IMG/VR virus record: IMGVR_UViG_3300020450_000031
Location: 1 to 54,511 of that record
Length of the DNA stretch: 54,511 bases
Origin: a virus
Lineage: Duplodnaviria; Caudoviricetes
Direction: 5' to 3' (one strand)
Shown here: positions 1 to 9,479 of the stretch, in pieces
Layout: every line of letters begins with the position of its first letter
Numbering within the stretch: the stretch's first letter is position 1
Made by a program: the position numbers and the translations under genes
The notes under the pieces: generated by a model
Databases searched by the model: none
What the model was told of the DNA's origin: nothing
Seen by the model: only the letters and a program-made list of their open reading frames with translations

Positions 1-6
1 AACCCA

Positions 7-28
7 GAGAGGAGCTTCGGCTCCTCTC
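7..28 (+). other. RNA hairpin with cUUCGg tetraloop, no U-tract (stabilising/processing element)
   Basis: GAGAGGAGC-TTCG-GCTCCTCTC perfect 9-bp stem just upstream of an SD. Confidence 0.75.
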
Positions 29-48
29 GCATTATCGAGGAGGCAACT

Positions 49-216
49 ATGCCAAAACTACACACAACTACCTACCAGGTACGCACCAGTGCTGACAAGT
101 TCAGAACTTATCACACTACACTATGTACCACGTGGAGCCGAGCTAGACGTATCGCTGAGCGATGCATCAAGAAGCACGGTGTTGAAGCGAGGATACTGAA
201 AGTACTCAGTAGGTAA
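49..216 (+). CDS. hypothetical early protein, 55 aa (MPKLHTTTYQVRTS...), below ORF-track cutoff
   Basis: GAGGAGG at 37-43, ATG 49, TAA 214-216, translated by hand. Confidence 0.7.
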   Translation: MPKLHTTTYQVRTSADKFRTYHTTLCTTWSRARRIAERCIKKHGVEARILKVLSR

Positions 217-222
217 CAACCC

Positions 223-251
223 AGGGAGCACGGTGTGGCGCTGTGCTCCCT
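223..251 (+). other. 13-bp intergenic hairpin with UGG triloop
   Basis: AGGGAGCACGGTG-TGG-CGCTGTGCTCCCT including two G-U pairs. Confidence 0.7.
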
Positions 252-272
252 ACTTTATGAAAGGAGATAGCC

Positions 273-479
273 ATGAAGATGTTCTTAGACGGATTTGGTA
301 TGGTCTTAATCATACTAGGCATACTATCAGCTAGTGGAGCAGCTGGTGATTGCGATGGTAACTGTATGGAGAACGCAAACTCAATAGGGTTTATGCTAAT
401 CATACTGTTCGGAAGTCTATGTGCTTGCCTGCTTGGAGGTATAATGATCCATCTAGCAAGAAGAATAGAAGATATATAG
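273..479 (+). CDS. small two-TM membrane protein with CDGNC loop
   Basis: AAGGAG SD; two hydrophobic segments. Confidence 0.75.
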   Translation: MKMFLDGFGMVLIILGILSASGAAGDCDGNCMENANSIGFMLIILFGSLCACLLGGIMIHLARRIEDI

Positions 480-520
480 GAGATAGGGCTTCGGCCCTTC
501 TCTTTTTCTTTTTATTTTTT
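479..520 (+). terminator. intrinsic terminator ending first early unit
   Basis: AGGGC-TTCG-GCCCT stem-loop followed by long T-tract. Confidence 0.9.
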
Positions 521-740
521 AAGTTCTCTATCTATATACCATAGCTCGGGGGGTCATCGTGCGCTATTTGCGACTATCTTACAGCTATATTGGGGGGGTA
601 TAACGTTACACTGTTAACAATCTATACGATATACAGCTAACATTACACAACGAACACACATTTAGATTGCACAAGTTTACATGTAAAACAGCTTAACTGC
701 CTGGCATCGCTCAAGTTTTGCACCATATAAGCGTCAAGTT

Positions 741-862
741 AATCTAAATAATCTAAATAATCTGTTAAAAATATACATATCGCCTATAGATAGCACTATT
801 TAGGGGGGTATATAGGTTTGCGCATCTAACATTACATAGCAGATTGTTAGATTATTTAGATT
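741..862. repeat. tandem AATCTAAAT repeats arranged as an inverted pair (iteron-like)
   Basis: AATCTAAATAATCTAAATAATCT at 741-763 versus AGATTGTTAGATTATTTAGATT at 841-862. Confidence 0.7.
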
Positions 863-953
863 GTTTGCTCATAAAACATTGAAATTGTTGACTATCTTAC
901 GAGTCGTTTTACAATCTACTAGCACAACGTGTTATATATTAGAACAGAGGGGG

Positions 954-986
954 GCAACTTGACACTCGGCTCGGATTTGCTAATCT
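954..986 (+). promoter_or_regulatory. sigma70-type early promoter
   Basis: TTGACA 959-964, 16-nt spacer, TAATCT 981-986; GCAACTTGACA identical to 53987-53997. Confidence 0.7.
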
Positions 987-990
987 GGCG

Positions 991-1020
991 GTGCTTGGCG
1001 AGGTGGTCTCGTTATAGCAT
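991..1020 (+). other. 5' leader hairpin with (G)UGG(U) loop
   Basis: GTGCTTGGCGAG-GTGGT-CTCGTTATAGCAT. Confidence 0.6.
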
Positions 1021-1053
1021 GTTCTAACTTAACATTTAAAACTGGAGGTTTAT

Positions 1054-1398
1054 ATGGCTAGAACTTTTGATGGTACTGTTGAGGCTTATGTTGCACCTAT
1101 TGCTAAGACTGTAAAGGTGCGTAACCACTCTGCTGGAACTGCTTATACAGCTGAGAATATCACTGAGCTTTATGGTGTAATGTTAGCCGCTGCTGAAAAG
1201 CATGGTGTAACTGTGAGTGTATTTTGTCCTGATATTGAGAAGGGTCGTAAAGGTGGCTTTACTGTCGCTGAATTGACTGGCTTGGATATGGATAAATATC
1301 AACCGAAATTACTTGGCGGTAGATTCGGTGCTTATGTCGCTGTACTTGCTGATGATGATAAGTCTGTACCAACTGGTGCTAAAACAATCGTACTGTAA
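1054..1398 (+). CDS. hypothetical early protein
   Basis: GGAGGT SD; first gene after promoter; highly-expressed-style codon usage. Confidence 0.85.
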   Translation: MARTFDGTVEAYVAPIAKTVKVRNHSAGTAYTAENITELYGVMLAAAEKHGVTVSVFCPDIEKGRKGGFTVAELTGLDMDKYQPKLLGGRFGAYVAVLADDDKSVPTGAKTIVL

Positions 1399-1411
1399 TG
1401 TTAACCACTGT

Positions 1412-1438
1412 GACAGGGTGTCTATATGATGCCCTGTC
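1412..1438 (+). other. intergenic hairpin, no U-tract
   Basis: GACAGGGTGTC-TATAT-GATGCCCTGTC. Confidence 0.65.
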
Positions 1439-1459
1439 CAACCCTTATTGGAGGCTTAT

Positions 1460-1666
1460 ATGAAAACTAAACGCTGTGTATATTGCGCTAATCAATACCC
1501 TGTTGGACGCTATCAACTGGGGTATGTAACTTGTCTTGATTGTGGCAGTAAACATGCCAGTACAGTCAAGCATACTGTCGTGCCATTACACAAATCTAAT
1601 TACATCGTTGTTACTAATCGTGATGACCTTGTTGGTATCAATGTAAAAGGGGGGGTAGTGAAATGA
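1460..1666 (+). CDS. small C4 zinc-finger protein (DksA/TraR-type finger spacing)
   Basis: CVYC...CLDC; start moved to ATG 1460 behind GGAGG. Confidence 0.75.
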   Translation: MKTKRCVYCANQYPVGRYQLGYVTCLDCGSKHASTVKHTVVPLHKSNYIVVTNRDDLVGINVKGGVVK

Positions 1667-1761
1667 AACTATCTACTCTGCTTTCATGGATACTGTACGG
1701 CATGGTGTCAAGTGTATGCTTGATGCTAGCTGACAGTCATTTTGGTTGGGGTTTATTCTAA
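1663..1761 (+). CDS. 32-aa hydrophobic peptide (MKLSTLLSWILYGMVSSVCLMLADSHFGWGLF)
   Basis: ATGA overlap upstream and TAATG overlap downstream fill the gap exactly. Confidence 0.55.
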   Translation: MKLSTLLSWILYGMVSSVCLMLADSHFGWGLF

Positions 1762-1952
1762 TGAGTAAGCTAACTGAAATCTTATTGGGGGTACTCATCA
1801 GTGGAGTGATGGGTATCCTATTGGCGTTCGTAGGTGTCAACTTTATCCTAGGTTGTGAGACATGGGATGAATCACTATGGACATATGAGCATTCGTGCTT
1901 AACACCATCGGCTATATGGGAAGGAGTAAAGGTATGGCTAAACAAAACTTGA
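1761..1952 (+). CDS. small membrane protein
   Basis: TAATG-coupled start; one TM segment followed by GCETWD. Confidence 0.7.
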   Translation: MSKLTEILLGVLISGVMGILLAFVGVNFILGCETWDESLWTYEHSCLTPSAIWEGVKVWLNKT

Positions 1953-2122
1953 AGCTATTCATGCTACGGCATGAACAAGGTGGATATGCAGTCCGTGATG
2001 AGAGGGGGGATATAATTCACTTCTCTGACAAAATGATTGCAAAGAAATCTAAGCAGGGAACTCAAGTAGTTTCCTATGGCATTGACCATCGCAACTATAA
2101 ACTTAAGAAGGGAGACATATGA
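1934..2122 (+). CDS. hypothetical protein
   Basis: AAGGAG at 1921-1926 before ATG 1934; ATGA overlap with next gene. Confidence 0.75.
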   Translation: MAKQNLKLFMLRHEQGGYAVRDERGDIIHFSDKMIAKKSKQGTQVVSYGIDHRNYKLKKGDI

Positions 2123-3117
2123 TGCGAGCTACATTACTACAAGAAACTCTTAATGAGTTATTCAAATCCAAGCGACCTATCTGTATTGAGGGTATGCCAG
2201 GGGGAGGTAAGACTACCATCGTACAACAAGTTGCCAACAAACTATCTGTTGGGTACATCGAGAAGCATACACCTACCATGCTTGTCGAAGACTTTGGTGT
2301 ACCAGACATGGCAGTTGAAGGTAACTCATTTGGTTACAAATTACCTGACTGGTATCCTGCTGAAGGCAGAACAGATATACCAGACGAGGGTATACTCTGC
2401 TTTGATGATCGTAACCAAGCACCTGCTGACATTCAGAAAGTACTAGCGAATGTATTGCAGGCTAGGACATTGCATGGTGTACCACTGAAGAAAGGTTGGC
2501 ACTGCATATCTACTGGTAACAGACAACAAGACAGAGCAGGTGCTAACAGAATCTTATCTCACTTACGTAATCGTGAGACTGTCATTGAACTTGAAACACA
2601 CCTAGATGATTGGACTAGTTGGGCTATTGAACATGAGGTCAAGCCAGAGCTAGTGTCATTCATTAGGTTCAGACCTAATCTACTACATGACTTTGACCCA
2701 CAGCGTGACATCAATGCTACACCACGTTCATGGGTTGAGGGTGTATCCGATGTGATTGGTATTGTACCTGCTGATGCAGAGTATGAGTGCTTCAAGGGTG
2801 CAGTTGGTGAAGGTGCTGCGGCAGAGTTCGTTGGCTTCCTTAAGATACATCGTAAGCTACCTAATCCAGATACCATACTGATGAATCCAACGCAGGCTAA
2901 TGTACCTGATGACCCTGCTACATTGTATGCACTGTGTGGCACTCTCGCTCACAAGGCTACGCTAGCTAACTTCGATAGGGTTATTACCTACGTTGGTCGT
3001 ATGCCTAAAGAGTTCTCTGTCCTATGTATCTCGTATGCTACTCGCAAGAATGATGAGCTTGCTAGTAGTGGTGCGTTCACTAAGTGGGCAGTCGATAACC
3101 AAGATGTCTTGTTTTAA
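2119..3117 (+). CDS. MoxR-like AAA+ ATPase
   Basis: Walker A GMPGGGKT, variant Walker B ILCFDD, sensor TGN, HLRNR, TPRSW. Confidence 0.88.
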   Translation: MMRATLLQETLNELFKSKRPICIEGMPGGGKTTIVQQVANKLSVGYIEKHTPTMLVEDFGVPDMAVEGNSFGYKLPDWYPAEGRTDIPDEGILCFDDRNQAPADIQKVLANVLQARTLHGVPLKKGWHCISTGNRQQDRAGANRILSHLRNRETVIELETHLDDWTSWAIEHEVKPELVSFIRFRPNLLHDFDPQRDINATPRSWVEGVSDVIGIVPADAEYECFKGAVGEGAAAEFVGFLKIHRKLPNPDTILMNPTQANVPDDPATLYALCGTLAHKATLANFDRVITYVGRMPKEFSVLCISYATRKNDELASSGAFTKWAVDNQDVLF

Positions 3118-3129
3118 TGGAGGTATGAT

Positions 3130-3990
3130 ATGAAATTGACAGACAAAGCATTGCTAGTTCAACTTAACGTGTCGCAGTGGACTGCACGTAAGTATGACAA
3201 ATCAGTAACACAACAAGTTGCTGAACAACATAACACAATCGTTGAGGCAGGTAGATACAACAAGTCTCTACTTCCTCTCAATGATTACCTTGGTAACATC
3301 CACAAGCTGACTACTACCATACGGACAGAGTACTACAAGAACACTCTGCCTTGGGGTATCAATGGTACGCAGATGTTACCATCTAAAAACTATCTGTCGT
3401 TTATGACAGAGCATCGTGCCAAGAAAGCTAACTGGTTGGCACTAGTTGACCAGTTCATTGATGTGTATCCACAGTTGAAACTAGATGCACAAAGGCTACT
3501 ACCTAACGGACTGTACAAGGAGGAGGACTACCCTACTGTCGATGGTCTACGTGCTAAGTTTGGTATGGAGATAGTTGTCCTACCAGTACCTGCCGATGAC
3601 TTCCGAGTACAGATTGCAGATGAAGAACTGTCTGCTATTCAACAAGAGGTTACTGACAGAGTAACCAACGCATCGCAGGAAGCTATGAAGGAAGCATGGC
3701 AACGACTGTACGATGTAGTCAAGCATGCTAGTGACAAGCTGAATGACCCTACTGGTGTATTCCGTGACTCACTGGTTGCAAATATCAACGACATCTGTGG
3801 TGTATTACCTAGGCTTAACTTTGCTGATGACCCTAACCTTGAGACCATGCGTCAACAGGTTGAGCAATCACTTGCCAACGAGAACCCAGAAGCTCTACGT
3901 GTTGACTGGGATTTACGTGAGCAGAAAGGCAGACAAGTCAAGGCTATCGCTGACAAGATGGCAGTCTTTATGGGAGAGTTGAATGACTGA
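3130..3990 (+). CDS. conserved helical protein of the AAA/VWA module (DUF3150-like)
   Basis: position between AAA and VWA genes; TLPW, LN..DDP.L motifs; GGAGGT SD. Confidence 0.6.
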   Translation: MKLTDKALLVQLNVSQWTARKYDKSVTQQVAEQHNTIVEAGRYNKSLLPLNDYLGNIHKLTTTIRTEYYKNTLPWGINGTQMLPSKNYLSFMTEHRAKKANWLALVDQFIDVYPQLKLDAQRLLPNGLYKEEDYPTVDGLRAKFGMEIVVLPVPADDFRVQIADEELSAIQQEVTDRVTNASQEAMKEAWQRLYDVVKHASDKLNDPTGVFRDSLVANINDICGVLPRLNFADDPNLETMRQQVEQSLANENPEALRVDWDLREQKGRQVKAIADKMAVFMGELND

Positions 3991-5107
3991 TTTACAAACA
4001 CGCTTGGCTAAAGCCAAGACATCACTAATGCTGGAGTATCCCTTTTGGGGTACTCTAGTAATGAACATGCCGTTCAAGATTACAGATGCAGTACCTACTG
4101 CCGCTACTGATGGCAAGCAAGTTCTATTTAATCCAGAGTTCTGTGACAAACAGAATGATGAGGAACTTAAGTTCCTTGTTGCGCATGAGATTGCACACCC
4201 AATGTTTGAACACACCACAAGACGTGGTGAGAGAGACCACTACAAGTGGAATCAAGCAGGTGACTATGTAATCAATCAAGTACTAACTGATGAAGGTCTA
4301 GGCAAGATGCCAGAGGGAGGACTATATGACCCTGACTTATATAATTCTTGTGATGGGATTACTGATCGCATCTATAACACATTACCTACAACGCCTGAAG
4401 GAGAACAAGGCTATGGAGGAGAGGGTCAGCCGTTTGATTCAGTTACAGATGGAGGACAGACGCAGGCAGAGATTGCACAACAGCAGGCAGAATGGCGTGT
4501 TAAGGTAGCTCAAGCAGTACAGTCTGCTAAGATGATGGGTAAGTTGAGTGCAGGTGTTGAACGCCTAGTCGGTGAACTACTAACACCCAAGGTATTGTGG
4601 GCAGATGTATTACAACGCTTCATCATCAAGGCTAAGACTGATGATAGAACGTTTGCTAGACCTAACAGACGATTCATTCAGCAGGGTATGTATCTACCTA
4701 GTATCACTGGTGAAGTGATGGGTGAGATTGTATGGGCATTTGACTGCTCTGGTTCTATTTTACAGAAACAGATAGACCAGTTCGCTACTGAAATCATCAA
4801 GGTATGGGAAGACCATAAGCCTACCAAGACTCATATCATCTACTTCGATAGTGAGGTGAGTCACTATGATTGCTTTGGTCAAGACGATAGACCAGAGATT
4901 AAAGCACATGGTGGTGGAGGTACTGCCTTCTCACCAGTATTCAATTACATGCGAGACAACGAAATAGAACCAGTTGCTTGTGTGTTCCTAACTGACCTCT
5001 ACTGTAATGACTTCGGTACTGAACCTAATTGTCCAGTACTGTGGGTTACTACAGATGCAGAGGAAGCACCATTCGGTGAAGTTGTAAAAATGGAAGGAGT
5101 AAACTAA
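3983..5107 (+). CDS. HEXXH metallopeptidase fused to VWA domain (DUF2201-like)
   Basis: TAATDG, HEIAH, WNQAGDYVIN, MIDAS DCSGS, GGGGTAF, FLTD. Confidence 0.88.
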   Translation: MTDLQTRLAKAKTSLMLEYPFWGTLVMNMPFKITDAVPTAATDGKQVLFNPEFCDKQNDEELKFLVAHEIAHPMFEHTTRRGERDHYKWNQAGDYVINQVLTDEGLGKMPEGGLYDPDLYNSCDGITDRIYNTLPTTPEGEQGYGGEGQPFDSVTDGGQTQAEIAQQQAEWRVKVAQAVQSAKMMGKLSAGVERLVGELLTPKVLWADVLQRFIIKAKTDDRTFARPNRRFIQQGMYLPSITGEVMGEIVWAFDCSGSILQKQIDQFATEIIKVWEDHKPTKTHIIYFDSEVSHYDCFGQDDRPEIKAHGGGGTAFSPVFNYMRDNEIEPVACVFLTDLYCNDFGTEPNCPVLWVTTDAEEAPFGEVVKMEGVN

Positions 5108-5790
5108 TGGCAACAGTTAGATTTAGTGACTCACTCAAGGGTGAGATACGGAACAAAGCTAAGGCTATGTTCCAAGACAAGATAAAGCAGGCAATAAACA
5201 ACGTGCCTGCTCATTGGGCAGACAAGGTGTATGAATGTCTGTTTCCTGTTGATGTACGTAATGCTATGGCGTCATTACCAGACTACGTATTGCGTAAACA
5301 AGAAGTACTTGAGGTTACTGGTTGGGCTAATGCACCAGAGGATGTATGGCAAAGTGGTGATTACAAGCACAATACATGGAGACTAGATGGTGGTGCTATT
5401 AAGTTATCGTTCAGTAAGCCTATGCCTTGGGTTAATAGCTTTGAGAATGCGCCCAATGGATTCAAGTCATCATACAACAGTGGTAAGTTTGACTATGAAG
5501 ACTCACGTTGGGACTGGTTGAAACCAGAGTTCAAAGAATACAATCGCAAAGTCTTTGAAGCTACTGATAAACAGGAAAAGTTTCTATCATCTGTCAACAC
5601 GTTGATGGAAACATACACCACACTTGCACCTGCTCTCAAAGCATGGCGACCACTGTGGGATTTGTTACCAGATGAAGCCAAGGACAGACACAAGACTGTC
5701 AAAGAACGTAAGATAGTCAAGGCAGAGGACTTAGACCTTGACCTTAACGCAATGACTAGTGCCGTGGCACTAAGCAAGATAACAAAATAA
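5107..5790 (+). CDS. hypothetical protein, possibly Nmad5-like
   Basis: C-terminal TLAPALKAWRPLWDLLP resembles the Nmad5 T..L...WPE..LLP pattern as I recall it. Confidence 0.5.
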   Translation: MATVRFSDSLKGEIRNKAKAMFQDKIKQAINNVPAHWADKVYECLFPVDVRNAMASLPDYVLRKQEVLEVTGWANAPEDVWQSGDYKHNTWRLDGGAIKLSFSKPMPWVNSFENAPNGFKSSYNSGKFDYEDSRWDWLKPEFKEYNRKVFEATDKQEKFLSSVNTLMETYTTLAPALKAWRPLWDLLPDEAKDRHKTVKERKIVKAEDLDLDLNAMTSAVALSKITK

Positions 5791-5799
5791 GGAGGTATT

Positions 5800-6717
5800 A
5801 TGAATAGTTATTTTGGAGAACCATTGTTGAAAGACTACGCTGATTGTGAGCGTAAGTTTTCTACATGCAGAACCCCTGCAAAGGGTAAGCCTATACGTAC
5901 ATGGTGTAGGCTATTCAAGAACCAAGATGTGTATGAGTTGAGGTACGTAGCTTGGCAAGGTAAAGACGTTGATGTGATAGCTGAGTTTCACCCAGATGGT
6001 AGTATTGTACTGCCATCTGATAGCCTAACATGGCAAGCTATGCATGTTTCCCTAGCGATGGCGTTGCATAGGACAATACCTATAGTTACCCAACGGATTG
6101 GTAGAGCTAGGTATCGTATTGGTCATACTGTATTCTTGGATAACAACGTGGAAGAACAAGACCCACAAGCAGGTGGTAGTCCCTTCTACCATGACTGGTG
6201 GTATTCATTCAAGAAGAATGGAACAGAGTACTTTGCAGGTATGACGTTCAATCACGAAGGTCTATGCACCAACCCACAGTACGCTGTGAGTGGTGAGGTT
6301 GATGCAGAAAAACGTAAGACATGGCTACGTATACTTAGACGATTCAAGCGTGGGTTAAAAGCAAGAGCCAAGGTAGGTGCATTGCAACAACACGCTAAAC
6401 GTATCTATGACAAGCACGTGGAGTTGGAAAGGAAAGGTCAACATCGTTGGCAATGGCAGTTACCTAACTGGCAATCAAAGAAGTATTACGATATGCTCAA
6501 GGAGACTATGCAGACTAATGAATACACACCAGAGTTCCTTGAAGCCTTTGTCGAATCAGCTACGCCTAATACCTACGGCAATTCTATAGCTACAGATGCA
6601 CACATCTTACGATACGTTGACACGTTGATGAATGATTTGTCGTATCAGCTACGTAAAGATTTCGGTGTCTTTATTACCGAGCCTAAAAATGCTGATGGAA
6701 AGGTAATACAACGATGA
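5800..6717 (+). CDS. hypothetical protein
   Basis: 305-aa ORF, AGGAGGT SD. Confidence 0.8.
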   Translation: MNSYFGEPLLKDYADCERKFSTCRTPAKGKPIRTWCRLFKNQDVYELRYVAWQGKDVDVIAEFHPDGSIVLPSDSLTWQAMHVSLAMALHRTIPIVTQRIGRARYRIGHTVFLDNNVEEQDPQAGGSPFYHDWWYSFKKNGTEYFAGMTFNHEGLCTNPQYAVSGEVDAEKRKTWLRILRRFKRGLKARAKVGALQQHAKRIYDKHVELERKGQHRWQWQLPNWQSKKYYDMLKETMQTNEYTPEFLEAFVESATPNTYGNSIATDAHILRYVDTLMNDLSYQLRKDFGVFITEPKNADGKVIQR

Positions 6718-7184
6718 CAGTTATTGCATGGGATGGTGAGGTACTAGCTACCGATACCCAATGTACGTTGGGTAATGCCAAGTACCAATCACCTAAAGCG
6801 TGGTATGAATCCGTGGGGGGGAGTGCTTGTATCATAACTGGTGTAGGCACACTCAAGAACATACAAAGACATAAGGAATGGGTCTTAAAAAATGACCCTT
6901 CCATTGAGTTCCCTTATCGTGAATTAGAAACTCACTACTATCAATTTATCCTTGTAACTAAGAACGGATTACTACGTTACGAGGGTACACCTTACCCCAT
7001 AGAACATGGGGTAAACGCTTGTGCATTTGGTGAAGCATCTGACTTTGCTTATGGTGCATTAGCTATGGGGGCTACGGCAGTAGAGGCTGTCCAAGTAGCT
7101 ATCAAATACTCTCATCAATGTGGGGGTAATGTTGAATCATATTCGTTATTGAAAGGAGACGGACATGAGAAGAAAGAAATCTAA
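6714..7184 (+). CDS. HslV/proteasome-beta-like Ntn hydrolase
   Basis: N-terminal M-TVIAWDG..LATD; C-terminal AFGEASDFAYGALAMGATAVEAV..A......GG. Confidence 0.72.
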   Translation: MTVIAWDGEVLATDTQCTLGNAKYQSPKAWYESVGGSACIITGVGTLKNIQRHKEWVLKNDPSIEFPYRELETHYYQFILVTKNGLLRYEGTPYPIEHGVNACAFGEASDFAYGALAMGATAVEAVQVAIKYSHQCGGNVESYSLLKGDGHEKKEI

Positions 7185-7608
7185 ATCTGAAAAGGTGTGG
7201 GCATACCTTATCAAACATCCAGATGCCAAGACTAAAGATGTAGCCAAGGCGTGTAAGTGTTCAGAGAAATATGTTTACAATCTGCGTAGCCAAGTGGGTA
7301 CACCGAAAGAGGTACTCGTTAAGTCTAAGGTGCGCATGCGTACAGAGATACTGACATCTGCCAACGAGTTGGTGAGTGATAAACGTGAGCATGAACACGG
7401 CGACTTTGCAAGTAACGCTTTTATGATTGCTAATTACTGGAACACTCACTTGGGTTTGATTGATTTCATCAAGCCTACTGATGTACCTACTATGTTAGCA
7501 CTGATGAAGATAGCAAGGTCACACCAGAAACCACAGAAGGCAGACAACTATCGTGATGCTTGTGGTTACTTGGCGTTAGCTAGTGAAATAGCGAGTGCAT
7601 CTGAATGA
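7165..7608 (+). CDS. N-terminal HTH plus DUF6378-like domain
   Basis: HTH-like TKDVAKACKCSEKYV; R...HGD...IA.YW...L...DV..ML..MK.AR......DNY.D..GY. Confidence 0.7.
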   Translation: MRRKKSKSEKVWAYLIKHPDAKTKDVAKACKCSEKYVYNLRSQVGTPKEVLVKSKVRMRTEILTSANELVSDKREHEHGDFASNAFMIANYWNTHLGLIDFIKPTDVPTMLALMKIARSHQKPQKADNYRDACGYLALASEIASASE

Positions 7609-9479
7609 GTATTATAACTATAGACTTTGAAACCTACTACAGTAGGGAGTTCTCGTTGTCGAAGATGACAACAGAAGCCTATGTACGTGACGATAGGTTT
7701 GAGGTCATTGGGGTTGCTGTCAAGGTAGATGGCAACCCTACCACATGGTATGCAGGTAGTGATGTGGGGGGTTTCCTAAACGACATCGACTACACTAACC
7801 ATACTATATTATGTCACAACACTGCGTTCGATGGTGCGATACTGTCATGGCTATATAATATAAAGCCAAAGTTTTGGTTCGATACTATGCTGATGACTAG
7901 ACCACTGGTCGGGCAGACCATCGGTGGCTCGCTCAAAAATCTCGCTATACATTATAATATAGGGGCGAAGGGCGATGAAGTTTTCCAGACTCTGGGCAAA
8001 CGCAAGTCGGACTTCACACCACAAGAGCTTGACCGATTCGGCGATTATGCAATCAATGACGTTGACCTTACATACAAGCTATTCAAGAAAGTATCTAAAG
8101 GTTTTCCTGTGCAAGAGTTAATGGTGATTGATCAGACCATTCGTATGTACACAGAACCTACGATTGAATTGGATAGGAGTACTCTTACGTCTCACCTGGC
8201 AGCAGTGCAGTCAATCAAAGCACAACTTCTTGACACAATAAATACAGCAGGTGTAGATCCAGAAAAGCTGAAGAAACTACTGATGAGTAACGAAAGGTTT
8301 GCCAAGTTACTCAAAGCTATGGGTGTCGAACCACCTACCAAGATAAGTCCTACCACTGGTCTTAAGACATGGGCATTTGCCAAGACAGATGCAGGGTTCA
8401 TTGAGTTATGTGAAAGTGGTTCACCTAAAGTACAAGCCTTATGTCAAGCAAGGTTGGGTATCAAGTCTACTATTGAGGAGACTAGAACAGAGAACCTAAT
8501 CAAGGTTGCTGACAGAGGTAGGCTACCTATCATGCTTAACTATTATGGCGCACACACTGGTAGGTTTAGTGGTGGTGACAAGCTGAACCTACAGAACCTA
8601 CCAAGGAATGGTGCTATACGTTCTGCTCTAACTGCCCCAGCGAAACATAAACTGATAGCTTGTGACTCATCACAGATAGAGGCAAGAGTACTAGCACACC
8701 TAGCAGGGCAAGATGATTTGGTTGAAGCCTTTAGGCAAGGGCGTGATGTGTACAGTGAGTTTGCATCCACTGTATATGGCAGGACTATAACCAAAGATGA
8801 CAAGCTAGAAAGGTTTGTCGGTAAGACTTGTATACTAGGCTTAGGTTATGGCATGGGTGCAGAGAAGTTTCGTAACACTCTAGCCCTAGGCATGGGAGGA
8901 CTCAAGGTAGACATACCAGAGGAAGAAGCCAAACGTATTGTATATCTATATAGAGATAAGAACTCTCGTATCACTGCACTATGGCAACGATGTCAATCGG
9001 CATTGTCTGACATGATAGCAGGTCGAGGTGGTGTAATCTCTGACTACGTGTCTTATGATAAGCAAGGCATACTGTTACCAAGTAAGTTACGCATACAGTA
9101 TCCTGCACTAAATCATACTGACAATAACTTTAGATATATATCTGACTCACGGACATACCGAAAGATTATGTCTGCTAGAGTCCAAGGGGAAGATGTTCCC
9201 CACAACAACTGGACTTACATCTATGGCGGCAAAGTCGTAGAGAACATAGTCCAAGCACTGGCACGAATAGTAGTGGCAGAGCAAATGGTATCTCTTGGAC
9301 AATCATACCATGTGTCGTTTCAAGTTCACGATGAGCTAATCATCTGCGTCCCTGACTCGGATGTGACTGACGCACGACAACTTGTTGAGAGAAAAATGTC
9401 AACCGCACCTGTCTGGGCTAAAGACTTGCCAGTGGCTTGTGAGTCTGGAGTCGGTGCTAATTATGGAGAAGCTAAATGA
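7605..9479 (+). CDS. polA: family A DNA polymerase with 3'-5' exonuclease
   Basis: ExoI DFETY, HNTAFD, HTGRFS, motif A DSSQIEAR, motif B KTCILGLGYG, motif C VHDE. Confidence 0.96.
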   Translation: MSIITIDFETYYSREFSLSKMTTEAYVRDDRFEVIGVAVKVDGNPTTWYAGSDVGGFLNDIDYTNHTILCHNTAFDGAILSWLYNIKPKFWFDTMLMTRPLVGQTIGGSLKNLAIHYNIGAKGDEVFQTLGKRKSDFTPQELDRFGDYAINDVDLTYKLFKKVSKGFPVQELMVIDQTIRMYTEPTIELDRSTLTSHLAAVQSIKAQLLDTINTAGVDPEKLKKLLMSNERFAKLLKAMGVEPPTKISPTTGLKTWAFAKTDAGFIELCESGSPKVQALCQARLGIKSTIEETRTENLIKVADRGRLPIMLNYYGAHTGRFSGGDKLNLQNLPRNGAIRSALTAPAKHKLIACDSSQIEARVLAHLAGQDDLVEAFRQGRDVYSEFASTVYGRTITKDDKLERFVGKTCILGLGYGMGAEKFRNTLALGMGGLKVDIPEEEAKRIVYLYRDKNSRITALWQRCQSALSDMIAGRGGVISDYVSYDKQGILLPSKLRIQYPALNHTDNNFRYISDSRTYRKIMSARVQGEDVPHNNWTYIYGGKVVENIVQALARIVVAEQMVSLGQSYHVSFQVHDELIICVPDSDVTDARQLVERKMSTAPVWAKDLPVACESGVGANYGEAK

